Source: the human T2T-CHM13v2.0 reference genome, Homo sapiens. Taken from it: DNA of 64,000 nucleotides. Positions 14,404-28,300 of the stretch are shown in pieces; positions within the stretch are counted from its first letter, which is position 1; each line of letters starts with the position of its first letter. The DNA lies in the NCBI RefSeq assembly GCF_009914755.1, contig NC_060928.1. One strand, given 5' to 3'. A program made the position numbers and the translations under genes. Under the pieces are notes generated by a model. It searched no databases. It worked only from the letters and a program-made list of their open reading frames with translations, and was not told the origin of the DNA.

Positions 14404-14705
14404 GGCCTGGCACTGTGGCTCAAGCCTGTAATCCCAGCACTCTGGGAGGCCGAGGCTGGCAGATCACGAGGTCAGGAGATTGAGACCATCCTGACTAAAA
14501 GTGAAACCCCATCTCTACTAAAAATACAAAAATTAGCCGGGCATGGTGGCATGTGCCTGTAATCCCAGCTACTTGGGAGGCTGATGCAGGATAATCGCTT
14601 CAATCAGGGAGCTGGAGGTTACAATGAGCCAAGATCGCACCACTGCACTCCAGCCTGGCGACAGAGCGAAACTCCATTTAAAAAAAAAAAAAAAGAAGGA
14701 AAGGA
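14404..14705 (+). mobile_element. AluSc
   Basis: 'gatcacgaggtcaggagattgagaccatcctg' and 'cctggcgacagag'; partial TSD aaagtcat. Confidence 0.93.
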
Positions 14706-14938
14706 AAAGTCATGATTTATTATCATTTGAACCCCAGGAATGTATTGATTGAATACCTAATATAAGTAGATATTGTAAGGGACTACCAATGTATAAGACA
14801 ATATTTATGACATGAAAAAAACTCATGGTCCTGTGGGGACAAAATGTTATATGTATATGTGCATGTGCATATGAAAAAAAATTAATATAACGATTGTATA
14901 TACTAGCCAAGTACAGTATACATACAAAAGACATAAAC

Positions 14939-15304
14939 AGCCAGGCCCGGTGGCTCATGCCTGTAATCCCAGCACTATCGGAGGTCAAGGCGGGCAGATC
15001 ACTTGAGCCCAGGAGTTTCCGACCAGTTTGGGCAACATAGTGAAACCCCGGGTCTACAAAATATACAAAAAATTAGCCAGATGTGGTGGTGCGCCTGTAG
15101 TACCATCTACTCAAGAGGCTGAGGTGAGTGGATCCTTTGAACCCGGAAGGTAGAGGTTGCAGTAAGCTGAGACTGTGCCACTGCACTCTAGCCTGGGCGA
15201 GACCCTGAAAAGAACAAAAAAAAAAAAAAAAGGAAGAAAGAAAGAAAAGGAAAGAAGGAAAGAAGGAAGGAAAGAAGGAAGGAAGGAAGGAAAGAAGGAA
15301 AAGG
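14939..15304 (+). mobile_element. AluJ with A-tail extended into (GAAG/GAAA)n
   Basis: 'gatcacttgagcccaggag...gggcaacatagtg' J-type diagnostics; purine repeat at 15233-15304. Confidence 0.92.
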
Positions 15305-16457
15305 CCTAAGCATTAACTAAATGGTAATGAATATTAAGGGAAGGAAATACTAGGAAAGTGGTATTAAGGGCTACAATGATATGCCTGGGAAGAAATGAAA
15401 AGAACTGGGACTTGGACAAGAACTTGGTGTTTGGTTAGGGTGGCATAGTGTCACAAGGAAGCAGAAATGTTTCTCTCATTTTTTGTAATAAATAAAAAAT
15501 CATAATAAATATATTTTGTACTTTTATTACCTTCTTTCTTAACTAGTCAAATGTAATATTCTGGCTTACTAATTTTACAATTCTTTTTAATTGTACCTAT
15601 AAAGGTTGAGAAATTATTCTATCTTTGCTAGTAACTGTGGAAGAAATAAATGAAGTGTATGTAAGAATTTATTTTTTATGAAGATTTCCAAGAACTCCCT
15701 TCCCTGAAATCCAAATGTATTACACCAGTTATGATGTAATTGCATAAAGTTTGTGATTAGTTATTGCCAGTCTTTATCTTTCATTCCAATGATTGGCTCT
15801 TACATAAAGGCCACATTGTAATAGGAGCAGTTATTGTGGAAAACATAATTATCATTGTTAAAACATTGAAGGCATTCTATTACTTTCTCAATTATTTGCA
15901 GTTATCTTTCTAAAAAAAATTTGGAATCACAAAAGAAAACTTTGTAAATGTATTTAAAAATGAATTCAAATTGGATTTCAAGTATTTAAAACATTATTCA
16001 TTTTTAATTCGGTTAGTATATGTTGTATTATTCATATGCTTTTCATTCCCCTGTGTGAGGTAAATATTCAGAAAGCCTTGCATGGCACTTTATTCAATTC
16101 TGATGGAAATTCAATTATAACTAAATAAAATGTATTTAATTAACAGGCAAATATGTTACATTAACTATTTATTCACAACTATTAATATGTAAAAATCTGG
16201 AACAATTTTAAATGACTAAACAATTGTCCATATTACTTCTCATTCAGCATATTTATTTACACATATTCATAACTGGGAGAGCTGTCCAGTTATCTGCTTT
16301 CAGCGATTCAGCCTCTAACTTTTTAAAGATTACTCTCAACACATTGAATTAGCTCCCTAAAGTTAGACACTAAGTAAATCTCAGATCCTATAAAGGAAGT
16401 AAATTCTCTATTTGCTGAGAAAAAAAAAATACAATGAAATTAAGTGATACAATAGTC

Positions 16458-16838
16458 TAATATAGTTTGGATTTGTGTCTGCACCCAAATCTCATGTCAA
16501 ATTGTAATCCCCAGTGTTGGAGGAGGGCCCTTGTAGGAGGTAATTGGATCATGAGGCCCAATTTCCCACTTGCTGTTCTTGTGATAGTGAGTGAGTTCTC
16601 ACGAGATCTAGTTGTTTAAAAGTGTATAGCATCTCCTCCTTCACTGTCTTCCTTCTGCTCTGGCCTTGTAAGATGCCCTGCTTGCCTTTCACCTTTTGCC
16701 ACGATTGAAAGTTTCCTGAGGCTTCCCCAGCCATGCTTCCCATACAGCCTGTGGAACTGTGAGCCAATTAAACCTCTTTTCTTAATAAATTACCAATTCT
16801 GGTAGTTCTTTAGAGCAATTCGAGAAAAGACTAATACA
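16458..16838 (+). mobile_element. MSTA-like MaLR solo LTR
   Basis: 'atatagtttggatttgtgtc..cacccaaatctcatgtcaaattgtaatcccc...gagccaattaaacctcttttc...gactaataca'. Confidence 0.92.
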
Positions 16839-16857
16839 CAATCGTTTTTAGTTAATC

Positions 16858-17321
<464 letters not shown>

Positions 17322-17727
17322 GACAGTCATTTTTAAAGTTCAAATGTACATGCCAATTAAGTCACTTACGTTGTTCTTCATTACTACCTCTTATCACAAA
17401 TATTAATAATAACATGTTTGTAAATTTTCCATTTTCAGTTCTATAGAAAATTTTAAATTACCCTCAATCAGCACTTTGCAGCAGAGAATGTTTAAGACAG
17501 CTTTTAAGCTTAATAAATACTAATGTAAACAAATTGAGGTGAAAAGGCAATAAAACCTCAAAAGTCTATACTCCTAGTTAAGAATTTAATAATAAATGGT
17601 TTTACAAAATTGACCTTACAGAATTCTGAAAAAAGAAATTTAAATACAAATACATCTAAGGTGTAGTGAGCTTGTATCACACAATTAAGACTTCTTTTTT
17701 TAAAATCATGGATTCTCACTCTTTTTC

Positions 17728-18245
17728 ATTTTATAAAATATCGTGGTATAAAGAAACATAACAAAATTTACCATTTAACCATTCATAAGTGCACGGTTCA
17801 ATAATGTTAAATATATTCATATTATGGTGTAACCAATCTCCAGAACTTTTTCTTCTTGCAAAGCTGAAATTCCACATCCATTAAGCAACTCTTTATTTCC
17901 CCTCCCACCAGCCTCTATCATCTCCAATAAATTTGACTACTGTGGGAGCCTCATATAAGTAAAATCATGTATTATTTGTCCTTTGGTGATTATCTTATTT
18001 CACTTAGCATAACTCCCTCAAGACTCATCCACGTGGGATCATGTGTTGGAATTTATTTTCTTTTTAAGGCCAAATAATACTCCATTGTAGGTATATACCA
18101 CAATTCCTTTATTCATCAGATAATGAACACTTGGGTTAATTCTTGCTATTTTGAACAATGCTGATATGAACATGAATGTGCAAATATGCCTTTGAAATGC
18201 TGCTTTCTTTTGGATATATTCACAGAATTGAAATTGCTAGATATA
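17728..18245 (-). mobile_element. L1MB 3' fragment
   Basis: 'cataacaaaatttaccatttaaccatt...ctccagaactttttc...ctcatataagtaaaatcat...ttatttcacttagcataa'. Confidence 0.85.
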
Positions 18246-20539
18246 TTTTTAAATTGTGAGACTTGGTAGCTGTAACTGCTAATGTAGATATGATTATTTC
18301 ACTTCAGCACTGTAATATGTAATTCACAAAAGAGGTCATAGTACCATAGTCAGATGTAGTTATTCATAAATTAGAATTGCCAGAAATATAAGCTGGAAAA
18401 TATTATTTTTACTCATTTTAAATTGTATTCATCATTAATTATTTGTTGAAGTGCCATTATATTCCTGTGTGCTTCACACAATAATGGGTGTAAAATGACT
18501 AAACCATAACACACCTACATTAAAGTGGGTTGATTGATTCAATAATATAAAACAGAAAAAAAAGTGTGCTACATTATATAAAGGCTTTTTTTCTCTGGGA
18601 TCCCAATAAAAAAGTAATTCAAAGATGATTATATTAATCTATTCAATCATTAGAATGCCACTGGGAAGGATAACGTAGCAGCAAACATAGATCCAACAAA
18701 GAACGTTCACATTAGAAACAAAAAGCACAGTGGCTTTCACACGTTAGGCAGGAATCTGGGGAAAATGTTTCTGGAGAAATAAAGTGATGAATATTTTATT
18801 TAAAGAAATGTTAACATTTTTAGACTCAATGACAAAGACTTTGCATTTACTAAGGAAGAATTTATTGCATGTGACAAAAAACTGAAACAAGCAAGCAAAC
18901 AAACAAAAATCAGTTTTGACAAAGAAAAATATCATCTGAACCCCAAAGAAAATAAATGCGGAGTAGATTAGAATGGTATTCTTGTATATCTAGATTCTAG
19001 AAGAACATTTGTTCAATTGTCATTTATAATCTGGTGCCTTCAATCCTACACAATACATGATTTATTTATTTTCTTATGCTAATAAGTAGGATTAGCAAAT
19101 TGTGATCTTTGACTATTGTAAACCACTTGTTTGACACTGTAGTCTGGGAAAGAGTAATCTATGACACAAATATACAAAAAAAATAAAAATCCTGGAAAAC
19201 TTCTCTAGAAAATGAGTTAGTGGCCATTGCTGAAATCATAATATTCAACAGTTTAAATACATCAATTAACAGAATGCTTTGTAACTCTGGACTTTGGATA
19301 ACTGTCAGAAACTAAAACAAAAGAAGGAATTAATTTGCTACTATAACTCAAGGTTCTAAGGGGTTGGGATTGTTTTAAGCACAGCTCAAAATTTTGAATT
19401 CAGGAACCCATACATTTTTCTTTTACTTTCCTCTTCTCTCTTAGTTCATGGTTTAATTCTGCTCACTTCTGTTATATTTCATTCTTCTTAAACTTTATAT
19501 ATATGGTGATAAGATTTCCCCCTTCTTCTCACCCAAAGCTCTTTAAACTGGTGAATACAAAGAAAGAATAGGCATTTTGTTCCTTTAGCATCAGCAGAAA
19601 TATCAGCAGAAATTCGTCTTGGTCCTGGTAGAGACACATATCCCGTATCTGATTCCATCATTTTATTGGAGACATGGAATATGCTTATTGACTCAGTCTG
19701 AGTCACATGTCCACCTTAGGGATAATGGGATCAGTTACATATTAATTATATATATATGATATCATATATTTTGATAAGCATGATGCTGGAAAAAATATGC
19801 AAGACTAGAGAAAACATATACTTTAAAATCACTTCCAACTTCATGTGTAGGCTATAAAACATTGAGTAAGTTAACCAACTTCTCTTTTTCTAAATAAATG
19901 AGCTTTGCTTAATTTGAGTACTTTGATTCAAAAGAAGCAGTGATCTACTGTTCATCTGTAGTAATAAGTAAAATATTACCTTAAGTATATCATTATAATT
20001 TTTTAAAAAATTGACATTTTGAGAAATATTAACAAAAGTTAACCTATAATGTGTATTTATCCTATTTATTCTTAATTTTTTCTTTATTTTTATTTAAATG
20101 TTCTGTCAATCAACTTACATTCATTCTGTTTTTGTCCACAAGTGTAGTTTTCAGTATTTTCTTAATTCATCCTAACTGCCATCGAAACTAGATGCATGTT
20201 TTACCACAAAACAGGCCTGTTAGTATATTTTTGTTAACTCATTGTGATTTTTCACATTTTTTCCTGCAATTCCATTTAATTAGGAAATGATCAGTTAACA
20301 TATGACTAATTTAAACCAACAAACTTAGAAAATAGAAAGGAAAATGGGAAAAAAGTCAAACATTCTACTTTCGAGAAAATTATAATATAATAATTTGAAA
20401 AGAGTACACACAAAAAAACTTTACAAATAAGTTCTAGAAGCAACAATAGTTGAATCAAGATTTGATTAAGTCTTGGTAAAATTCAGGAAAGATTTACAGG
20501 AGTTTAGAAAAAAATGAATTAATCTACATATGGATCAAG

Positions 20540-20845
20540 TAATTATTAAAGAAGTAATATTTTAGCTGGATTTTCAGTGTCAGGTGGAATTTCAATAGGA
20601 ATAATGAGGGAGATTGTAGGTAATAGGAATACTTGAACAAAGCAGCAAAATAGGGGGAGAGTGGAATATGGGGAAAAGACTGATTCCTGGGTGCAAACAT
20701 TTTGAAAGGTAGTAGTGAGAGGAAGCTAGAATAGATTTATGGATTGAAAGATCAAACGTGAAACTAAGGAAAATAGACTATTGTGCTGGCAAAAGGGAAT
20801 GGTTAATAGATTTTAGCAGGAAGGTGATATGTACATGGCTCCAAC
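20540..20845 (-). mobile_element. L2 fragment
   Basis: Purine-rich L2 signature ending 'gattttagcaggaaggtgatatg'. Confidence 0.45.
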
Positions 20846-21309
20846 TTTTTAGCTATATTGGTGAATCACCAAACTGAGACTTACCTTGTTTTAGTATTTT
20901 TTTTTTTTTTTAGGAATGAACGACTGACCTATAGGAATGTCTCAGAAATTAAAGAAGAAGAATTAAAAAGTAATATTGCACCTCCTAACTTTTATTTACA
21001 CTTGTAAGATGATGCTTAAATGCCCTCCCCTCCATGAAGTTTTCCCATAGCTAATCTTCATTTGAAGACATACTTTTTGCCATTGTTCCTGTTTATTTTT
21101 TTCATTTTTAATTTGAATAATAATTATTGACTTAATATTGTCTCCTTTAATAATTTTAAGAAAGAATATAAACATGACATTTTTATGTTTCCACTAGTGC
21201 TGAATATAGGCTTCTGAATTAGAAGGTAGATGGCAGAGACAAAGGATTTAACTTTTTGTAGTAAAATAATTGTCACTTGGAATTGTTTCTTCATTTTCTA
21301 AGAGTTGTG

Positions 21310-21455
21310 AGATATTGGTCAAGGTGCATAGCATCTATGAATCTGTGGTGAAAGAATGAGAATAACAAATAACACATGGGGTTGTTTCAAAGATTAAATA
21401 AACTAACCTATGCCAATCACAAGGAATAGTTCATGGCATATAAGAGATATGAAGA
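21310..21455 (+). mobile_element. MIR fragment
   Basis: 'catggggttgtttcaaagattaaataaactaa...catggcatataag'. Confidence 0.5.
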
Positions 21456-22129
21456 TAAAACTCTATCCACTTTCTCTTTCTAAAAGTGACTTAATAAATG
21501 TTTACTCCTGAAACAAATAGGATTATCAGGATTTTAATAAATGTTGGTTGAATATATACCTAAGAGTCTGCCGGTGTGGTTCATAATTCCATTTAAATAA
21601 GCATAAGCAAAAAGTAGCAATTAAAATAAAAATTAAAAGTAGATGATGTCACAAACAGGCTTTATTTTTTACCTTAATAGTATGTTTTAAAATAATAGGA
21701 ATACAATTTGTCCTAAAGAAACAAATAAACAAAAGAAATCATATAAACATATGAAAATAATATAAACATCATTCTCTATGTTATAGAATCATTTATCAAG
21801 CTCTGTTGAGGAGTGAACAGAGAAAAATATATCTATCATGACCTATTCAGATATTAAAGTGATTGAAAGCCTCTTTAGTTACTAGAATATAAAATGTCTG
21901 AATGGAATTTACTATATTCTCATTAACAAAAAATAAGGGCAGTGTTATTACTTTATGGCTGAAATGTAAAGACGTTTTATTGACTGTTTCATTAGATGAT
22001 AAAACCTGCTTCTCTTCAAACAGTTATAAAAAGAAAGTTTTAGAAGTTTGATAAAATAGTTGTCTAGAGGCTTATACCTGAAAATATGAAAAATATTAAA
22101 AGGTCATAATGCCATTCATTTTATTATTT

Positions 22130-22400
22130 GGTAATATTTGTACTGATGCAGAACAGATGTACATAGTTTTGGGGTACATGTGATAATTTAATATATTCAT
22201 GTAATTTATAAAGATCAAATTAGGGTTTTAGGAATATCACCTTAAATATTTTTCTTTCTTTCCAGCTAGAAACATTCTATTTCTTGTCCACTAGGTATTT
22301 TAAAATATACAAGGTTATTATAAACTATAGTCACCCTACAGATTTATATATCACAAGGTCTTATTTCTTTCATCAAACCTTATATTTGTACCTGCTAATA
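22130..22400 (-). mobile_element. L1MA (MA2-4-like) 3' end
   Basis: 'gatgtacatagttttggggtacatgtgataattt...aactatagtcaccctac...tatatttgtacc'. Confidence 0.82.
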
Positions 22401-22880
22401 AATTCTATTTTATTTTTGAGTGACAGATAGTATCTGAATAATATTAACTGGCAAGCTGGATTTGTTTCAATGGACTTTCTGTCCTTGGCTACATCAAATG
22501 ATTAGATGTCTTGGGGGTACAAAGGAGATAGGAGAAAAGGGAATAGTTTAAACCACCGCAGAACTGATTAACTAACTTCAGGTTGTCATCATTTGTGGGA
22601 AAAAATAAAGGTGAGACACTATATTTTGGTCCTCTGTTCTCATAGTACAAAATCGTATTCGAGAGAGTTGGCTCTACCATCTCACATAAGACATGAGAAT
22701 CTGTAGTAGAGTATGTTTACATGTCTTTGGGGAGCATAAGTTACCTTTAAGGAACTGTTTTATTTTCATCAAGTAAAAATGTGTTTGGCCTTCTTTTGTT
22801 TCTCTTTCTCCCTGTATGGGACCCCCTCCACCTCAATTTTTGGGCATTTTTCAATATTACCAATAGTATGCTTCTCCAGA

Positions 22881-23190
<310 letters not shown>

Positions 23191-24639
23191 TTATTTTAAC
23201 ACTTTTAGGTATTATATACTTTCTAAACTTTTTACGCACAAACCTATGAGAATAATTAATACCGGATGGAGCAACTAAGTTGCCCATTCAAATTTAAAAC
23301 AATGTTTGTTCAAATAAATCTTGGACCATTTCTGGAATATATACAACTGTGTGAACCTTAGAAAAGATCCTCAGTATGAACAAAAGAGTTCTATAATTGC
23401 TACCTATAATAAACAGATACAATGTAGATAAATTGGTAAACATACTATAGTTGAAAAATGGCATTCCATGACACTAATTTAATTATGTATTTAAAAATAT
23501 TTTAATTAATATTTAACAAAATACTGAGTAGTTTATGTATCCCCATGCTGATCTAGGCAGTCCTTTCCTTAATTGATTCTAGTAGGCAGACAGGCTGATT
23601 ATAAAAATACTTCTGACCGAAGTAAAGCACAATACATTTAAAGGAAATCAGCCTGTAAACATACAGAGAGGCTCTCAGTAAAATTCTCTCTGAAAATACG
23701 TACATGTTACATTTTTTAACATATTCAGAGGTTAAAAAAACTCACTGCCTTCCAAATATACCTATTTATTAACTAGAATGCATATTATTTGTGTTTATAT
23801 TGAGACAAATTCTGTTCTCATGAAAATGTTCACTTCTAACTAATATGTTTATACTTTGTGTTCACATTAAAAAACTCACTTTTTCTTTCTAAGCTAATCT
23901 GAATGCCTTTCAACAAGAATATCATATCTGTTTCTCTAATATCTTTATTTTTAAAACTTTGGTTTTCAAATCGATCTACATTTCAAATTTATAACAATAT
24001 AGTTTGTTACACTCCAAATTTTGAGAACTTACATTTTAGAATATGTGTGTCAGTAAAATTACTTACATTTTGCCACACCATGGCAACATTCCTTCTTCCT
24101 ACAATAACAAAATTAATTTGTTTGAGAATTAGCTAAATCTATAAAAGTTTTTAATCTAAAGATTAACCCTAAATAAAAAATTATAAATTAAGTACCAAAT
24201 TCACACATTTGATTTACTTTAGTTTAATGTGCACTAAAAGCCTTATAATTTTACTTTATTTTTAAAAAGATGTACGATTTCTAAAACTCAATACAGACAC
24301 ATTAAGTTTTCTTTATTATTTTGGTATATTCAATACATTCCTTTATTCTATCCAGATTTTTGAGAGTCATAATTCTGTTGTCAGCTTCCTATCATTAAAA
24401 TAATACTGCTCATTTTGTTTAAGTAATTAACAAAAATGTTAATTTGTCACCATTTTTAAAACTAGTCAGACTAGAAGCCAATTCCAGAAACTCCAAAGCC
24501 AATTTAGAAAGCTCATCCTCAAAATTCTATTTCTTTAGACTCACTCTTGGCACAAAATCTGTATTAGCACTGAATAAGTAGGAAGTCCTTCCTAACATAA
24601 ACTATTCACAAAAGCATAAGCCACGGCATATCTTATGAA

Positions 24640-24835
24640 GTGAAATGACACTTCCATCACTTACCAGCTGCATGATCTTGGGCACACTACTTTAAATTTC
24701 TATGCGCGAGTTTATTTCAATTGGAATAATAATGGTCCATATTCAGGAACAAATCCTGGAACTGGTGAAAGTTCATAAACATTACTTTGAATAAAACAGC
24801 ATCTAATTCATCAGTTGTTCTAGCACACAGCCTAT
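24640..24835 (+). mobile_element. MIR fragment
   Basis: 'cacttaccagctgcatgatcttgggcac' matches the MIR core. Confidence 0.55.
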
Positions 24836-24878
24836 GTTTTAAAATCTTTTCTACAAGTATAATTTAATTTTTTATTAG

Positions 24879-25208
<330 letters not shown>

Positions 25209-25499
25209 TAATATATTTTATCCTCCACTGTTCTAGAAACCTAAAACAACTTGCATTTTCTCAGGTATGTAAATGCTTACCCTGTGGTAATACATTCTAC
25301 AATAATATCTTGGATTAATGGCCTGAATTACAAAACAAATTAGTAAAGCAATAATTTTGATTCTTTACCAAGTACAAAAAATGGAAAAATTTCTGGATTA
25401 TAGAATAATAGGGCATATATTACTCAAATAATGTAAACAGAAAAAATGTAAATTCTCAAAATGTTATACCTTAGTATACTTAAACATAGTTATCTAGAC

Positions 25500-25609
25500 T
25501 AGCTCTGGCAATAGAATTTTGTGTGATGATAGAAATGTGATAGATCTGTGCTGTCTAATATGGGAAGTAGTAGTCATAGGTGGTGATTGAACACTTGAGA
25601 TTTGAGTAG
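25500..25609 (+). mobile_element. MER3 (hAT-Charlie MITE), left part
   Basis: 'caatagaattttgtgtgatgatagaaatg...tctgtgctgtctaata...gaacacttgagatttgagtag'; preceded by an hAT-type target atctagac. Confidence 0.85.
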
Positions 25610-26609
25610 TGTGATGGTGGTTAGTATTGCGTGTCAACATGACTAGGTTATTGGGTGCCCAGCTATTTGGACAAACATTTTTTTCGGGGTGTGTCTGTGA
25701 GGGTGTTTCTGGAAGAGATCAGTATTTGAATCAGTAGACTGACTAAAGCCATTTGACCTCCCTGTATAAATGGACATCACCCTGGCCGGGCGCAGTGGCT
25801 CACACCTGTAATCCCAGCACTTTGGGAGGCTGACCTGGGTGGATCACCTCAGATCAGGAGTTCTAGACCAGCTTGGCCAACATGGCAAAACCATCTCTAC
25901 TAAAAATACAGAAATTAGCCAGGCATGGTAGTGCCTGCCTGTAACCCCAGCTACTCAGGAGGCTGAGGCAGGAGAATCCCTTGAACCCTGGAGGCGGCTG
26001 TTGCAGTGAGCCGAGATTGTGCCGCTGCACTCCAGCCTGGGTGACAGAGCAAGACTCTATCTCAAGGAAAAAAAAAAAAAAAAAGGACATCATCCAGATT
26101 ATCCAGTCTGTTGAAGACCTGACTAGAACAAAGAGAAGGAGCAAGGGAGAATTTTCTCTGTTTGTGACTGACTGTTTACAATGAATTACCCATTTCTCCT
26201 ACTCTTGGACTGAGACTTATGTCATTGTGGCTCCTAGTTCTCAGGCCTTCAGACTTGGACTGGAACTACACCATTGGCTTTCCTGGATCTGTAGCTTCCA
26301 GAAGGCAAATCATGAGAATTCTCAGCCTCGGTAATTGTATGAGCCAATTTCTAATTTTATATATATATGCAAACGCACACACAACATTATTATAAATATA
26401 TATAATTTATATGTGTATTATATATTATACATATATAATTATATAGATGTTATATAATTACTACATAATTATATAATTACAACTATATAGACTTAGATAC
26501 AGATGTAATTATACAATATATAGCTATATACAATTATATAGATAGGTTTTTCTCTCTCTTTGTATGTATCTTATTTGTTTTGTTTCTCTGGAGAACCTTG
26601 ACTGATACA
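25610..26609 (+). mobile_element. MLT2 (ERVL) 5' LTR, interrupted by an Alu and a TA-rich expansion
   Basis: Starts 'tgtgatggtggttagtattgcgtgtcaacatgactagg', ends 'tgtttctctggagaaccttgactgataca'. Confidence 0.92.
25784..26084 (+). mobile_element. AluSx-like element inside the MLT2 LTR
   Basis: Full dimer; TSD ggacatcaccc / ggacatcatcc. Confidence 0.95.
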
Positions 26610-27264
26610 GATTTTGTACGAAGAGTGGTTCTAATGGAATCGAATTTTAAGAATAGGTTTTCTAACTTGGTTTTGGAGTTCCTGGAATTGGCTTTCTAGG
26701 CTGACTAGGTGCTAGTGATTCTATTTCTGCTAGTAAGAGAACACTTGTAGTCTGTGGAGTGATCCAGCAATGGAGGTATGCAAAATATCTCAATTGAATA
26801 TTCCTAACCAATCACTTACAAGAAGCAAGAAGCTGAGTGTATGATGCTTTCAAAGATTTATGAAAAACTAACAAATATAATGAGGTTGGCTGGTTGCTTC
26901 TAATTTTGCTGGACAAAGTGACAGAAAAGACTGAGTTTCAGAATTCAGATTCTCAGCTCAAGCACTGCATAAATGTCTTAAAATCTTTTGCATGCCCTGG
27001 AGGAGATCCTTATCTCCTTTAGCCACAAGACTGAGATAGCAGAACATCATATGCGGAATTGCATCCAGTGCCTCACTGAATTGCAAGTTGAGTTCTCAGT
27101 CTCACAGGGTGTCTACTTTTAAATTGAGGGCATTGATTGAGAAAGAACTGGATATTGTAAGTTGGAATGGGGGCATGTGGGGAAACCCTAATGAAGCCAA
27201 GGACATTGAGCCTCTAAATTCTGATTAGTCTTCTTTGTCAGTGAAAGAGGCCTTGACTAATACA
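26610..27264 (+). mobile_element. ERVL internal 5' region (leader and start of gag) fused to the last ~14 nt of a 3' LTR
   Basis: 'gattttgtacgaagagtggttcta' follows the LTR; 'gaggttggctggttgcttctaa' and 'gagggcattgattgagaaagaactgga...gacattgagcctctaaattctgat' are HERV-L-type gag; ends 'ccttgactaataca'. Confidence 0.85.
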
Positions 27265-27372
27265 GCTAGTGTAATTGAGGGATTTAATTTTTAATTTTAT
27301 TTACTTTTAATTAATTACCCATTAAATTTATATAGCCCTATGTGCTAGTGGCTACTATATTGGCCAACCCAG
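27265..27372 (+). mobile_element. MER3, right part
   Basis: 'gctagtgtaattgagggatttaatttttaattttattt...gctagtggctactatattgg' continues the MER3 consensus where the left part stops. Confidence 0.87.
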
Positions 27373-27584
27373 GTATAGATAAAAGGATTTGCACATGCAA
27401 TGTCAACAAGCCATTTTTATCCACTTGATGAGTTTTAGGGATGGGGGCATACTTCAGAAGAGTTTAGTTGTCTCCAATAATCTTTTAAGTGTGAATTGCA
27501 GTCCACTTAATTGAGAAGAAGAAAGTTAAATATAAATTGAATTTTTTTTTTTTTTTTTTTTTTTTTACTTTATATTCATTCAAT

Positions 27585-27880
27585 GGCTGGGCGTAGTGGC
27601 TTGTGCCTGTAATCCCAGCACTTTGGGAGGCCAAGGTGGGTGGATCGCTTGAGCCCAGGAATTAGAGACCAGCCTGGGCAACATGGTGAAACTCCACTTC
27701 TACTAAAAATACAAAAAAAATAGCCAGTCGTAGTGGCACTCACATGTGGGCCCAGCTGCTCGGAAGGCTGAGGTGGGAGGATCACCTGACCCCAGAAGTC
27801 AAGGCTACTGTGATCTGTCGTCATGCTACTGTTCTCCAGCTTAGGTGACAGAGTGAGACACTGTCTTGGAAATCTATAAA
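27585..27880 (+). mobile_element. AluJ
   Basis: J-type diagnostics; exact TSD tatattcattcaa at 27571-27583 and 27881-27893. Confidence 0.94.
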
Positions 27881-27959
27881 TATATTCATTCAAGGTTAAA
27901 TAATCAGCGTAGATAAATAGGCTGTTTAGTGCTGTAAGTTTCCTTCTTTGAACATGACT

Positions 27960-28300
27960 AATCAACAAGCAAACGAAACAAAGCAGTGATAATTGCAAAA
28001 AATAAGACCACAACCAAAACTAAAAAATTATCTTGAGAGTCATCTTTCTTTATATTTTTCTCAGAGATTGATATCACTCTTTTATGCTTGGCTTTAATAT
28101 AATTTTCAAACATTTTATTAATGTAAAACCTTTTTTTCTGATCATCATGTTTTATTATCTTCTCTGCTTTCTCTTGTAGATCATTCGTAAGTATAGTCAA
28201 GCTTCTCATAATTTCTTATTTTCCTTTAAGGGCCTCAGTCCCCTGCTGTGGACTGGTCTTTACATTTTTTTCTGATATTTTATAACTGCTTTTCTGCTGT
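27960..28300 (-). mobile_element. Ancient L1/HAL1 ORF1-like fragment
   Basis: The ORF 27958..28209 peptide 'NDLQEKAEKIIKHDDQKK...IKAKHKRVISISE' loosely resembles the L1 ORF1 coiled-coil/RRM junction. Confidence 0.35.
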
